A DNA stretch of 64,000 nucleotides from Candidatus Latescibacterota bacterium (GCA_965204745.1 OZ242010.1:1088001-1152000); one strand, 5' to 3'. Counted from the first letter of the stretch, positions 50,103 through 60,286 are shown. The notes: generated from the letters alone by a model not told the origin. Translations and numbers: made by a program.

Positions 50103-50846
50103 TCAAATAGCTGCGACATCGCCGGCCCAAATCTCACGCACCCGACCATCTGTGCCGCGCAACAACAATTGCCCGTGGTCGCCAAAGCCATCGAGTGTTC
50201 CGGTTTTTACATCTGCGCCTTCCCCCACTGAAATCCGTTCGCCCAGATAGACGCAACGGCGTTCCCAAGTTGCGCGGAGGGCAACAAAGCCCGCGTTTTC
50301 CCAGCGGTCGATCCACGGGGCGATAGTCGAGAGGAGTTGCGCGAGTGCGGTTTCGAGCTCGCATTCGCGTCCGGTTTCAAGGCGCATTGAGGTCACGGGG
50401 CGGTCGATGAGGGCCGCGGTGGTCGCATCCATGTTGACGTTGAGGCCAATGCCGATGACGATAGCCGCGCCATCGGGATGTTTCTGATCGCTGCGCTCGA
50501 GGAGCATGCCGCAGATTTTGGCGTCGTTGACCAAGACGTCGTTGGGCCACTTGGTTTGCGCGTTGATGCCATGGATGTCCAGCATATCGGCAACGCCCAG
50601 GGCAATGGCGATGGGTAGCGAGGCCAGTTGGGGAAACGCGGCTTTTGTGATGAGGAGAAAGGAAAACGTGAGGTTCTCATCGGCTCGTGCGATCCATTGA
50701 CGCTGATAACGCCCGCGCCCGGCCATTTGCTCCCGCGCTGCGAGGACATAGCCAGCAGGAATCGCATCGCCGTTGGAGAGGCGTTGGAGAAGGCAGGTGT
50801 TGGTGGAAGGAACTCTGTCGCGCCATTCGGGGGGTAGAAAGGTCAT
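50103..50846 (-). CDS. birA: Biotin-[acetyl-CoA-carboxylase] ligase, no HTH
   Basis: STN, QMAGRGR, KWPNDVLV...KICGML, GIGLNV. Confidence 0.92.
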   Translation of the reverse strand: MTFLPPEWRDRVPSTNTCLLQRLSNGDAIPAGYVLAAREQMAGRGRYQRQWIARADENLTFSFLLITKAAFPQLASLPIAIALGVADMLDIHGINAQTKWPNDVLVNDAKICGMLLERSDQKHPDGAAIVIGIGLNVNMDATTAALIDRPVTSMRLETGRECELETALAQLLSTIAPWIDRWENAGFVALRATWERRCVYLGERISVGEGADVKTGTLDGFGDHGQLLLRGTDGRVREIWAGDVAAI

Positions 50847-51034
50847 GGGAAAGCTATCGCCAAAGGCGGGAGAGGCAAGGAGGTCACACAAGCGATTTCA
50901 GATGGGGTCTTTTTCAGCTTTCAGCCCTCTGTACATCTACCCCACTGGGTGACTGGTGGTTTGTTTCGCCCTGAATACGAGGACAGGCACGGGGGCCTGT
51001 CCCTACGGCTAACTGATGGGGCCGGGGAGACTAC

Positions 51035-51240
51035 CCGCTTTCAGGCCAATTGATCAACGAAGTGCATCGGGTTTTGGGGGTGTTGGGGTGGCCTTCTCCC
51101 CTCTTGCCTCTTACCTCTTACTTGTGGATGGGGTGTTGGGCGGGGACTGACCGCTTTCAGGCCAATTCATCAACGAAGTGCATCGGGTTTTGGGGATGTT
51201 GGGGTGGCCTTCTCCCGTCTCCCCTCTTGCCTCTTACTTG
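51035..51240 (+). repeat. Duplicated 66-bp block, each copy followed by short heptamer runs
   Basis: Blocks 51035-51100 and 51151-51216, two mismatches, followed by CCTCTTG/CCTCTTA. Confidence 0.85.
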
Positions 51241-51244
51241 ACGC

Positions 51245-52729
51245 CTATCTCCCCAACCACGCTTCGATTTGTTGCTCGTTCTCGTCTGTCCACGGCGCGA
51301 TGTCTTCGATGCAAACGCGGTCGTAGCCGCTGTACACACGCGCCATCGCGTCTGCGTAAATGCCTTCTTTTCGCGCTTGCTCGCGCCAGGTGACAAAGTG
51401 TTCCCGGTCGTATTGCTTTGCCCGTGCGTCAATGCCTTCGCAGTCAAAATGCTCGCCGAGTAGGCGATCCAATTTCCGGGCGATTTCCGGTTTGTCGTGG
51501 ATGAGGTCAGTCGTTTCGTCGGGATCGTCTTTCAGGTTGAAAAGTTCGGATTCAAATCCCACATGCTCGACGTATTTCCAATCGCCCCGGCGCAACATAA
51601 ACGTGCCCGTGGCACAGCGGTCGCCGTGGTACTCGCACATGGCCCAATCGCGTTTGCGCGGGGCAGACGCGGTCAGTTGGGGCAAGAGGGATTCGCCGTC
51701 GAGGGTGTCGGGATAGGCCGCGTTGCCCGCGTAATCGGCGTAGCGGATGCGCGCCATGTCCATAAATGTGGGGTAGAGATCGACGAGGGAAACGGGCGTA
51801 TCGACCACGCCGCCGCGTTGGACATCGGGGCCGCGGATGATCAGGGGAACGTGGGCAGAGGCTTCGTACATCGTGCGTTTGAGCACTTGGTTTTGATCGC
51901 CGGCCATTTCGCCATGGTCGCTGGAGAAAATGACGTACGTGTCGTCGCGCAATCCCAAGTCGTCAATCGCTTGCAATACCCGCCCGACCATCTCATCTAG
52001 GGCCGCGATCATGGCAAAGTACACATGGCGAATTTCGCGGACCAGGTTCTCGGAGAATTGTTTGTCGCAATTTTTGGTCACGCGCTGATAGGCGATGGCC
52101 GGGTTGTGCGTGGCGTCGAGTGGCATCAGGGTCGGTGGGATGTCGATTTTGTCCGCATCGATCAACGGCATGTGGCGTTTTTCAGCGGTGAATGCGGGAT
52201 GTACCAGGCCCGTGGTGAGATAGAGCCAGAAGGGGCGATCAGTCGCGGCGCAGCGATGAAGCTGATCCATGGCCTGATACGTGCGGTCCCAATCGCGGGC
52301 ATTGGCGTCATCGACGACTTGCGGCAGGGGCGTGCGCGAAATGGGGCGCAGGATATGGGCAGCGCGCGTCCACGAGCCGATGCGGTCGCGGATGGAGTGT
52401 TTGCCATAAGCGTAGTCGACCGGCCCGATGGCAGATGTTTGATAGCCCGCGCTTTCCAAGGCGTCTCGCCATGTGGGCACCTGGTCGCGCAGCCCTTCGT
52501 GGTTGTTCCAGCAGTCGTAATAATGGGGGTATTTGCCGCTCCACATGCTCGCGCGAGACGGGTTGCACACCGGGCTGTTGGTGTACGCGTTGGTGAACAG
52601 GACGCCTTCGCTGGCGAGGCGATCCATGTGCGGCGTGGCGCGTTGCATGGCCGGATGGCCCATACAACCCATTTTGCGCCCGTCCATGCTCTCGGCGTGG
52701 ATGAAGACGATGTTTGGTGGCATTTTCAT
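51245..52729 (-). CDS. Sulfatase (choline-sulfatase/arylsulfatase K-like)
   Basis: PVCNPSRAS (CxPxR), SSDHGEM, HVPLI, SLVDLYPT, ELFNLKDDPDE. Confidence 0.9.
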   Translation of the reverse strand: MKMPPNIVFIHAESMDGRKMGCMGHPAMQRATPHMDRLASEGVLFTNAYTNSPVCNPSRASMWSGKYPHYYDCWNNHEGLRDQVPTWRDALESAGYQTSAIGPVDYAYGKHSIRDRIGSWTRAAHILRPISRTPLPQVVDDANARDWDRTYQAMDQLHRCAATDRPFWLYLTTGLVHPAFTAEKRHMPLIDADKIDIPPTLMPLDATHNPAIAYQRVTKNCDKQFSENLVREIRHVYFAMIAALDEMVGRVLQAIDDLGLRDDTYVIFSSDHGEMAGDQNQVLKRTMYEASAHVPLIIRGPDVQRGGVVDTPVSLVDLYPTFMDMARIRYADYAGNAAYPDTLDGESLLPQLTASAPRKRDWAMCEYHGDRCATGTFMLRRGDWKYVEHVGFESELFNLKDDPDETTDLIHDKPEIARKLDRLLGEHFDCEGIDARAKQYDREHFVTWREQARKEGIYADAMARVYSGYDRVCIEDIAPWTDENEQQIEAWLGR

Positions 52730-52737
52730 TCCTCAAA

Positions 52738-53709
52738 TTAACGCGGCACCTCCACCGCGCTTCCGGTTTGTGCGGCTTTGTGCATGGCGAAGACCACGCG
52801 CAGTGCTTGCAGGCCGTCTTCGCTGTGCGGATCGGCGAAGGGCGCGTCGGGCGCGGGGGTGTGGCCCTTGATGGCTTCGATGAAGTGGTCGGATGAATTG
52901 CCGTATTCGGGCGGGGTTGTCATGCGTTGCCAACCGTCTCGCCGCGTGATCGCGTAGAGCCGGTCGCGCTCGAGGCGATAACTCTGTTTGTCCGCGTACA
53001 CCGAGACCTCGTCTTGGTATTCGTCACACGTCTTGATGCACAGCAGGCTGGCGGACAACCCGCCTTCGAGTTCGAGGCGCGTATCCACGAGGGCTTCCTC
53101 GATGTGCTCGGCCTCATTTTCGTACTGAATTTTGCCTTCCACTCGCACGATGCGCCGGCCCGTGATCCACGGCAAAACATCGGTGATGTGAATGGTGCGC
53201 CGATGCAACATGCCCCCGTCTTCTATCCCGCGTTTGACCGGGCTTCGCCGCTGGATGGCGGTGAGCATCTGCGGCGCGACAGCACCCGATGCGATTTGCC
53301 GGCGCACGTATTCGGTGCTCGGCATAAAGTGGCGCGTGAACGCGGTCATGAGGATGCAATTTCGCGCTTTGCTCAACCCCACGAGTTCCTCAGCATCGGC
53401 CACGGTAACGGTGATCGGCTTATCGACAATGGTCGGTATGCCGCGCTCGAGGGCCAGCTTACAGGGGGCGAAATGCGCCCGATTGGGCGTGCTGACAAAC
53501 GCGCCGTCGATCAAATCCGGATCGAGCATGTCGCCATAGTCGGTAAATGGCTGGCTAGCGGCAAGGCGTTTGTCGCGCTTGTCCAGGCAGTCTTGAGAAA
53601 TGTCGCAAACCGCCGCGATTTCCACATCTGGGCGGTTGAGCAAATTGGGGATGTGGTAGCTCGAACAAAACGAGCCGAGGCCGATGATGCCAATTCTCAC
53701 TTTTTCCAT
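52738..53709 (-). CDS. Gfo/Idh/MocA family oxidoreductase
   Basis: IGIIGLG, STPNRAH, VDKP. Confidence 0.85.
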   Translation of the reverse strand: MEKVRIGIIGLGSFCSSYHIPNLLNRPDVEIAAVCDISQDCLDKRDKRLAASQPFTDYGDMLDPDLIDGAFVSTPNRAHFAPCKLALERGIPTIVDKPITVTVADAEELVGLSKARNCILMTAFTRHFMPSTEYVRRQIASGAVAPQMLTAIQRRSPVKRGIEDGGMLHRRTIHITDVLPWITGRRIVRVEGKIQYENEAEHIEEALVDTRLELEGGLSASLLCIKTCDEYQDEVSVYADKQSYRLERDRLYAITRRDGWQRMTTPPEYGNSSDHFIEAIKGHTPAPDAPFADPHSEDGLQALRVVFAMHKAAQTGSAVEVPR

Positions 53710-53710
53710 C

Positions 53711-54775
53711 TCACTCCTTTCCCAGGCGCAACCAACCATCGACATCGGGCGCGAGTGCTCGCCAGTGCCGGGTGATGGCCCGCGCTTCTTCGACGCCCAT
53801 TTTGCTCACGCCCTCGTAAGACGTAGGCGCGCCCGTTTTTTTGAGATAGTCCAAGCAACGCGCCCACATCGCGCTCCACAAATAGGCGTTGTGCAATTCG
53901 GTTTCCGGCGCGGACCGGTTGCGCGCAACAAAGCCCGGAATAAACGGGCGGCCAGAGGGTTGACCCATGGGCAGGTACCGAAAATTATACGCCCAGCGAT
54001 AATCCTCGCGGCTCGTATTGGGCACGGAACTGTGCATGACTTTGTTGTCCAAAAAAACGAGGTCCCCGGGCGCGACGGGCAGCGCGACGCCCTGCGCGTC
54101 GAGGTCTTCTGGATAGGGGCGATATTGCACGCCGTGGTTGTGGCTTTTGGGAATGACCACCAAACAGCCGTTTTCCTCGGTGGCATGCGTAATCGGAATC
54201 CACGCATTGACGATCTGGCTCTCGTGCGAATCCCGCAACCCGGAGATGGCGTCCATGTGCCACCCGGTTCTGCCGACCTGAAATGCGTAAAACCCTTCCT
54301 CCGAGAGATCTGCGCCGACGGACTCGGCCACCTCGTCAGCCAACCCGAGATGATCGGGCGCGAGTTTGAGGTTGAAGTGGTAGATCGGGGACGCGGCGAT
54401 TTCCGGCCCGATGAGGGCTTCCAAGATATCCAAGACTTTTGGATGGCGCATCAGCGCGAACATTTCCGGGATGCGCGCATCGGGCAGGTCTTCGCGCCAT
54501 TGAAAGGTGGGAACAAAGAGATTGAGCACGGGATCGAGATGGTGCAAGACCGTCCCCCTGCTGGCGCCGAGGGACACGGCAAACCGCTCGGGCAAAGACA
54601 TCGCATCGAATCGGCCCAGCGCGTCAGCGGCCCCGGTTTCAACGAGGTAAATGCGCGCCAACGCATCCAAGAGCGCGGTATAGGCTCGTTGCAAGGGATA
54701 AATGTCCCGCTCGGGATCGAGCGCGTTTTTGACGACGACATATCCCTCTCGGTGGAATTGTTCGGCTAGTGACAT
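53711..54775 (-). CDS. Phytanoyl-CoA dioxygenase (PhyH) family protein
   Basis: FHREGYVVV, WHMD, ENGCLVVIPKSH, PGDLVF...HSS. Confidence 0.85.
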   Translation of the reverse strand: MSLAEQFHREGYVVVKNALDPERDIYPLQRAYTALLDALARIYLVETGAADALGRFDAMSLPERFAVSLGASRGTVLHHLDPVLNLFVPTFQWREDLPDARIPEMFALMRHPKVLDILEALIGPEIAASPIYHFNLKLAPDHLGLADEVAESVGADLSEEGFYAFQVGRTGWHMDAISGLRDSHESQIVNAWIPITHATEENGCLVVIPKSHNHGVQYRPYPEDLDAQGVALPVAPGDLVFLDNKVMHSSVPNTSREDYRWAYNFRYLPMGQPSGRPFIPGFVARNRSAPETELHNAYLWSAMWARCLDYLKKTGAPTSYEGVSKMGVEEARAITRHWRALAPDVDGWLRLGKE

Positions 54776-55343
54776 GGGGGTCTCCTGTTGTTCAAGGCGT
54801 GCGGCGTAGAGCCTATCGCGTGTCCTGTGGCGCGATTCGCCCACGTTCAGATTAAACGCCTGTTAAGGGACGGATACTGCATGTATTTTCGGCTTTTTTG
54901 CCAACTCGGTACGCAATGCACGGGACTGGTAGAACGCCAACCGCTCTTCTATCGTTCTGTCCTTCAACCCGTTTTGGTATTCGGGTTGGGGGATTTTTAT
55001 CGGTGCCCAAAAAGTAACCTACACACCTAAGATACACAAACACACAAGGCAACACGGCTTGCCGGCTTGCCTTGCGATACCGCTGAAGCCTTGTCTTGCT
55101 TGCCTATCGACATATCGAGAGACACGCCATAGCCTTGCTACAAGGCTTCTAAGGCGTCATCTGGTATGGTGGTGCTCCTGTGGATAACCTTCTGTCACCG
55201 GCAAGGGTCAGCACAACCGCTTCGAGACAGGCCTTCTGTTCCTCTTCGGTGGCAACACTGATTTTCCCAGAATTGGTAAATCGCATCAGAAAGTTGACCA
55301 TGAGGGCATTCCTTTTTAGGGGACAGTAAGAGGTCTTTTGTAA

Positions 55344-55371
55344 GTAGGGGCGAATAATTATTCTCCCCTAC
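55344..55371. repeat. GTAG-type REP palindrome
   Basis: GTAGGGGCGAATAATTATTCTCCCCTAC. Confidence 0.75.
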
Positions 55372-55515
55372 TCAATGTGAAGCATGACCACACAGAGAGC
55401 GGTTGATCATATCCTGCGTGAACCTGTCGCTATGATCTGCGAAATGAGTCAGGGTATCGTTGAGCGGACTGCTAAGCAAATACTGGCAGTAATCTAGGCG
55501 CGTTGGTTTCTCCAT
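55372..55515 (-). pseudogene. N-terminal remnant of an IS701-family transposase
   Basis: GGAGG RBS then MEKPTRLDYCQYLLSSPLNDTLTHFADHSDRFTQDMINR; recognised by eye. Confidence 0.6.
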
Positions 55516-55672
55516 ACAGACCTCCAAAGTGAGGATTGGTTTTCGATCCAGTTCTTTTTTCTGTAAGTCCTACTATGAAAAAGGTTGGGGGCGCAAGCGA
55601 ATCCCGCGCCTGTGTGGTTTGCTAATCGGTGCAAAGGTCAATCTCTATCCCAAACACATTCAATGTCTCTCT

Positions 55673-56752
55673 TCATTTGCTATTATTGGGATTGTGAATG
55701 ATTAGGTCGAGATGCCACAACATAAACGCAACTTTGAGAGCACCTTGATCTTTCTTTGCGGGTTCTTCACATAGTTCACAGCGAATGCGTTCTTGTATCT
55801 TAGACCACAACTCGGATCGAAGAATATCGGGCTTTTTTTTTAAGTATTCCAATGCCAGAATCGCATAGGTTCCATTCTTTGAATAGTCCCATATATCTCT
55901 CAATCCTGGATTTCGAAAGGGAAGCCCACTGCCCTTAATTCTTCCCAATCGATATAGAACCTCTGTGCCCTTCATAGGACAATTCTTTGTTCCGCTGTCT
56001 TTACTTTTACCTCCTAGACTACGATATGTCTCATACCAAGCGGAGTGCCAATCGGCACCGCCTTCTACTTTCTTGATAGTCCCTAGTACCCAGTCTTTCA
56101 AGTTAATTTTGTATAAATTTCTAAGCATAATTTGATTGTCAACGACCCTCTTAACATCTTTAAACACATCCTTGATAGACCGCGTGCCATCCACCCGAAA
56201 AATGCGATTGGGTTCCGATTCATACACCTCTGCAAAACCCTTTTGAACTCGAAAAAAAAAATCTTTATCTGCTTTATCTTTTGACTCGATGCGATCTGAG
56301 AAAAGTGGCAGATCTCGTTTTTGGATCGCCTGCGAATCGACATCCAACCAGACGGTGATAGCTGGCTTCAAACCATCCGTGACCATATCTTGAATCTTTT
56401 TTATTTTTTTCAGATCCGATTCGCGACCATAGCCCTGATAGGCCAGTGTAGAATCAATATAACGATCCGAAATCACCACTTTGCCCTTATCCAGAGCTGG
56501 TCGAATCAATTCGTTGACATGCTGTGCGCGATCCGCGGCAAACAAAAACATCTCGGCAACTACACAGATCTCCTCTTTGGTTTTCGTGTTGAGCACTAAG
56601 GGCCGAATTTTCTTCCCGAGTTCTGTACCGCCCGGCTCATAAGTAGCCACAACATCATACCCGAGCCTCTGTAGATACTCAACCAGCAACTTGGCCTGGG
56701 TGCTTTTCCCGCTTTTATCAATGCCTTCAAATGATATGAAAAGACCAGCCAT
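55673..56752 (-). CDS. tmk: Thymidylate kinase with an extra ~145-aa C-terminal domain
   Basis: FISFEGIDKSGKSTQ, EPGGT, LFAADRAQH, SDRYIDSTLAYQG; frame continues past the normal Tmk end. Confidence 0.88.
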   Translation of the reverse strand: MAGLFISFEGIDKSGKSTQAKLLVEYLQRLGYDVVATYEPGGTELGKKIRPLVLNTKTKEEICVVAEMFLFAADRAQHVNELIRPALDKGKVVISDRYIDSTLAYQGYGRESDLKKIKKIQDMVTDGLKPAITVWLDVDSQAIQKRDLPLFSDRIESKDKADKDFFFRVQKGFAEVYESEPNRIFRVDGTRSIKDVFKDVKRVVDNQIMLRNLYKINLKDWVLGTIKKVEGGADWHSAWYETYRSLGGKSKDSGTKNCPMKGTEVLYRLGRIKGSGLPFRNPGLRDIWDYSKNGTYAILALEYLKKKPDILRSELWSKIQERIRCELCEEPAKKDQGALKVAFMLWHLDLIIHNPNNSK

Positions 56753-56832
56753 TTTGTTCCCAATTTTCGACAATAAAAAAAAGAACCCGGCGATACCCCC
56801 GGGTTTTGTCATCCTGTACTCGACAAACAGGC

Positions 56833-57426
56833 TTATGATTTTGTCAGCTTTCGAAAGTGAATGACGCGCTCCATCGCGGTAAAATTTCCCAACAGAGCAA
56901 TTGCCCACACCACCACGATCAAACCAATATCCCCGATCAAGGGCACGATCAGCCCACCGACGCCAATGGCGATAATGCGCTCGGGCCGCTGCATAAACCC
57001 CACCTTGCACTCGGCCCCAAGACCCTCGACGCGCGCACGCACATAACTCACCATGAGAGACCCTGCCAGTGCAAAAAAGACCGCCGAACTCGTCCAGAGA
57101 TCATCAGCCCGTATAAAACTGATCGCAATGCCAAACCAAATCAAAATTTCGGAATATCGATCAACAGTCGAATCGAGAAGCGCGCCAAATTTGGATTCCG
57201 TATTGCCCTTGCGCGCCACCTGTCCGTCGAGCAAATCAAAAACACCCGCGACGAGCACTGTCAATCCGGCCCAAAGATACAATCCAAAGCCGAAGAGCAC
57301 AGCCGCACCCACATTGAAAACAAACCCGATCATGGTCAACAAATCGGGCGTAAAGCGCTTTTCGACGAGATATTCCGTAGAGGGGGCCAAAATCTCGGCG
57401 ACATCATCTTTGACTTTTTCGATCAC
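56833..57426 (-). CDS. CDP-alcohol phosphatidyltransferase (PgsA/PIP synthase-like)
   Basis: DLLDGQVAR...FGALLDSTVDRYSE, VSYVRAR, RPER; start uncertain. Confidence 0.9.
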   Translation of the reverse strand: MIEKVKDDVAEILAPSTEYLVEKRFTPDLLTMIGFVFNVGAAVLFGFGLYLWAGLTVLVAGVFDLLDGQVARKGNTESKFGALLDSTVDRYSEILIWFGIAISFIRADDLWTSSAVFFALAGSLMVSYVRARVEGLGAECKVGFMQRPERIIAIGVGGLIVPLIGDIGLIVVVWAIALLGNFTAMERVIHFRKLTKS

Positions 57427-57583
57427 GGTTGAAACCCCACAGAAGAGTGAAGTTTGCATTCTCTAACCAAATTCAAATATAGACCAATTTTAGAGGTGTT
57501 GCAAGCGAAATTTCCCATAGACGCGGGCTAAAAAAACAGCGTGAAAAGCCCGAATCTCATGGTGCAAAACGCGAGTGACTAAA

Positions 57584-57713
57584 TGTGGAAAACCTGTTGA
57601 TAACTCTCATAATGTCACGCTACTTATTGTCCATACTCCTTAAAAAATCAACTACTTAATGATGTTGATAACGTCATCCACTTTTCCACAATCACTGTTG
57701 AAAACTATTCACT
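57584..57713. promoter_or_regulatory. DnaA-box cluster, candidate oriC
   Basis: TGTGGAAAA 57584, TGTTGATAA 57595 and 57663, TTTTCCACA 57682, TGTTGAAAA 57696 in an AT-rich intergenic region. Confidence 0.6.
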
Positions 57714-58402
57714 TAGCGAAACACATCTATTCGCTCAATCACCACCGGTTTTACTGGTTGATCTCTGAGGGCGGTTTCAACTGTTGCAATTCTGTTGACC
57801 ACGTCCATCCCGCTCGTCACTTCGCCAAAAGCAGTATATTGATTGTCTAAACGAGGCGAGGTTCCATGCATAATGAAAAATTGCGACCCAGCACCAGCCG
57901 ACACATCTGAAATGCGTGCCGTAGAAAGAATCCCCGGCACATGTTTTATTTCATTAAATTCATGAGGGATATGCACGAGTGGTCCCCCCATCCCATCATC
58001 AGACGGGTCGGCGTCCTTTGAATTGGGATCGCCGCCCTGAATCATGAAATTTTTAATGACGCGATGGAACTTGGTATTGTTGTAAAACCCGCTCTCTGCT
58101 CTGATGATAAAAGTCAGACAGTGAATGGGGGCCTTTTCAGGATGGAACTTCAATTCAATAGTGCCCATATTCGTCACGATACGCGCCTTCACATTCCGAA
58201 TCTGATCGACCAGAAACACCATTCGGTTGCCGACCTCGCCGGCTCGCTTGACCTGATTTTGTGCCTTGCTCAAAGAGCTTTTCAACGACCGATTCTCATT
58301 GTTCAACTTCTCATTGGCTTGTTTCAACTCTTCTACCGCGCTACCACCACATCCCGCCATCAAAAGGCACAGACTCCAAAAAACAAATCGTTTCATCGAC
58401 AT
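57713..58402 (-). CDS. Cyclophilin-type peptidyl-prolyl isomerase, lipoprotein with N-terminal coiled coil
   Basis: LMAGC lipobox; FHRVIKNFMIQGGDP, AGSQFFI, YTAFGEV. Confidence 0.92.
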   Translation of the reverse strand: MSMKRFVFWSLCLLMAGCGGSAVEELKQANEKLNNENRSLKSSLSKAQNQVKRAGEVGNRMVFLVDQIRNVKARIVTNMGTIELKFHPEKAPIHCLTFIIRAESGFYNNTKFHRVIKNFMIQGGDPNSKDADPSDDGMGGPLVHIPHEFNEIKHVPGILSTARISDVSAGAGSQFFIMHGTSPRLDNQYTAFGEVTSGMDVVNRIATVETALRDQPVKPVVIERIDVFR

Positions 58403-58545
58403 TTCCTCCTCAATGCGATACATGAAATCTACCACAACAGGAAAAAACAACACCATTCAAATCTCCCTTGACAGTGGTTCTTATCCAGACTTTATTGCTA
58501 CTAAGCAGAACAACACAAACCCTCACACCCAAGGACAACATCGTT

Positions 58546-59406
58546 ATGCGACTCGTAACATTTACACACCAAGGCCAGCGGCGGCTCGGTGCTCGATCAG
58601 GCAATTCGATCATTGACCTCAATGCTACTGATCCGTCAATTCCCTCCACCATGAGGGAATTTCTTGAAGCGGGTGGTGACGCCCTTTCCAAGGCCCACGC
58701 GGCGATTGATAAAGGGGCACAGGCCATTCCCGCAACAGATGTCACCATTCAGGCTCCCATTGACGATCCAGAAAAAATTATTTGCATAGGTCTCAACTAT
58801 GCCGACCATGCGGCCGAAAGCGGTATGCCCATTCCCGACGAACCCATTGTCTTTTCCAAATATGCTTCATCCATCATCGGCCCCAATGCAAATATTGTGT
58901 CTCCCAGCGCGAGTTCCCAAGTTGACTACGAAGTCGAACTTGTGGTCGTTATTGGCAAACGTGGTCGCAACATCTCTGAAGAGGACGCCCTCAACTACGT
59001 TGCAGGCTACATGGTTGGTCACGATGTGAGTGCTCGCGATTACCAACTTGAAAAACCAGGCGCGCAATGGATGATGGGCAAAACCTTTGACACATTCGCC
59101 CCAATCGGACCGGATCTGGTCACAACTGACGACGTTTCCGATCCTCACAATTTGGGCATTCGTTGTATTCTCAATGGCGAGACTGTACAGGATTCCAACA
59201 CGTCTCAACTGATTTTTGGCGTACCCCAACTCATTGCGTATCTCACCCATGTATTCACGATCACTCCCGGAGACTTGATTTTTACCGGCACACCGCCCGG
59301 TGTGGGCATGGGGCGTAATCCTCAACTTTGGCTCAAACACGGCGATCATGTGATCTGTGAAATTGATGGCTTGGGACGACTTGAGAATCCTGTTATTTCG
59401 GATTGA
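58546..59406 (+). CDS. Fumarylacetoacetate hydrolase family protein
   Basis: KIICIGLNY, DYEVEL, DVSARD, GKTFDTF, TGTPPGVG. Confidence 0.92.
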   Translation: MRLVTFTHQGQRRLGARSGNSIIDLNATDPSIPSTMREFLEAGGDALSKAHAAIDKGAQAIPATDVTIQAPIDDPEKIICIGLNYADHAAESGMPIPDEPIVFSKYASSIIGPNANIVSPSASSQVDYEVELVVVIGKRGRNISEEDALNYVAGYMVGHDVSARDYQLEKPGAQWMMGKTFDTFAPIGPDLVTTDDVSDPHNLGIRCILNGETVQDSNTSQLIFGVPQLIAYLTHVFTITPGDLIFTGTPPGVGMGRNPQLWLKHGDHVICEIDGLGRLENPVISD

Positions 59407-59479
59407 TACATGAATATAAACCCCCTGGAAAGCTACTTCCAAGGGGGTTTATGTTGAGTAACCAGTCGGGAATATCAAA

Positions 59480-59830
59480 CTAAGCTGCGGGCAAACGGCT
59501 CCGCAATTCTGCCAACTCGCGTTCAAGATGATCCAGTCTGATCGAAACTTCACGCTCGTGCAACAACCGATCAGCAGTGTCCATACCATCGTGAATGATA
59601 GAAAGCCTACGCTTGAGCTGTTCGCAGATATGACTGATTTCTGATAAATCAGCCTCAACCTGAGCTTGGCGTGTGCTTACTTTGCGAATCGCATCTTGCA
59701 CATTTTGAATATCAGATCGGATTTCGACAAACTGCCTTGCGACCATTTGAGCGAAATTTTCTTGTGAAGTCTCAATGGCATCGCGAATGGTTTCTCGAAT
59801 GAGATCCAGTTCACCAGTTTCAAGGGCCAT
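59480..59830 (-). CDS. Small coiled-coil hypothetical protein
   Basis: Heptad-rich helical sequence; AGGA RBS. Confidence 0.6.
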   Translation of the reverse strand: MALETGELDLIRETIRDAIETSQENFAQMVARQFVEIRSDIQNVQDAIRKVSTRQAQVEADLSEISHICEQLKRRLSIIHDGMDTADRLLHEREVSIRLDHLERELAELRSRLPAA

Positions 59831-60031
59831 GGACAAATTCCTGTGAAAGACAATAGGGAAGAAAAAAAGAAAGAGGAAATGGGGAAGATAAACCTGACGA
59901 TCAGGGGAGAAAGGGGAATCAGAGCCAAGATCGGTTTATCCTCCCCATCCGATAAAGAGAGACTTAAATTCAGAAAAAATAAAATTCAACTGAATATCGT
60001 TTCCCTTTATTTTTTAGGACTTTACGTCCTG

Positions 60032-60125
60032 CATATACACAAACAAGTGTGTATGTGTTGCTCTCTGTGTGGGGAGTAACAGATTGCAACTGCCAAAATA
60101 TACGCTGTCAAGTGTGTATTGTCAA
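60032..60125. promoter_or_regulatory. Two imperfect palindromic operators overlapping leftward -35 boxes
   Basis: ATATACRC-N6-GTGTGTAT at 60032-60055 and 60097-60120; TGTCAA at 60106 and 60120. Confidence 0.5.
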
Positions 60126-60286
60126 GGGGAAATATATTACAGGATGATTGTTTTGTTTGCTCAAACTTCTATGCAAAGGTCTCTCTGCTTCTAAAGAATT
60201 TAACTTGCCACGCGGCACATTTCCGTTCATATTGTGCCCTCAAATCCTCAAAATTCTAAACGCGACTGATCTTTTGGGAGGGGTGT

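Noticed and set aside
56752-57010. N-terminal extension of tmk in the ORF track
   Set aside because: Overlaps the CDP-alcohol transferase gene in another frame; homology starts at MAGLFISFEG.
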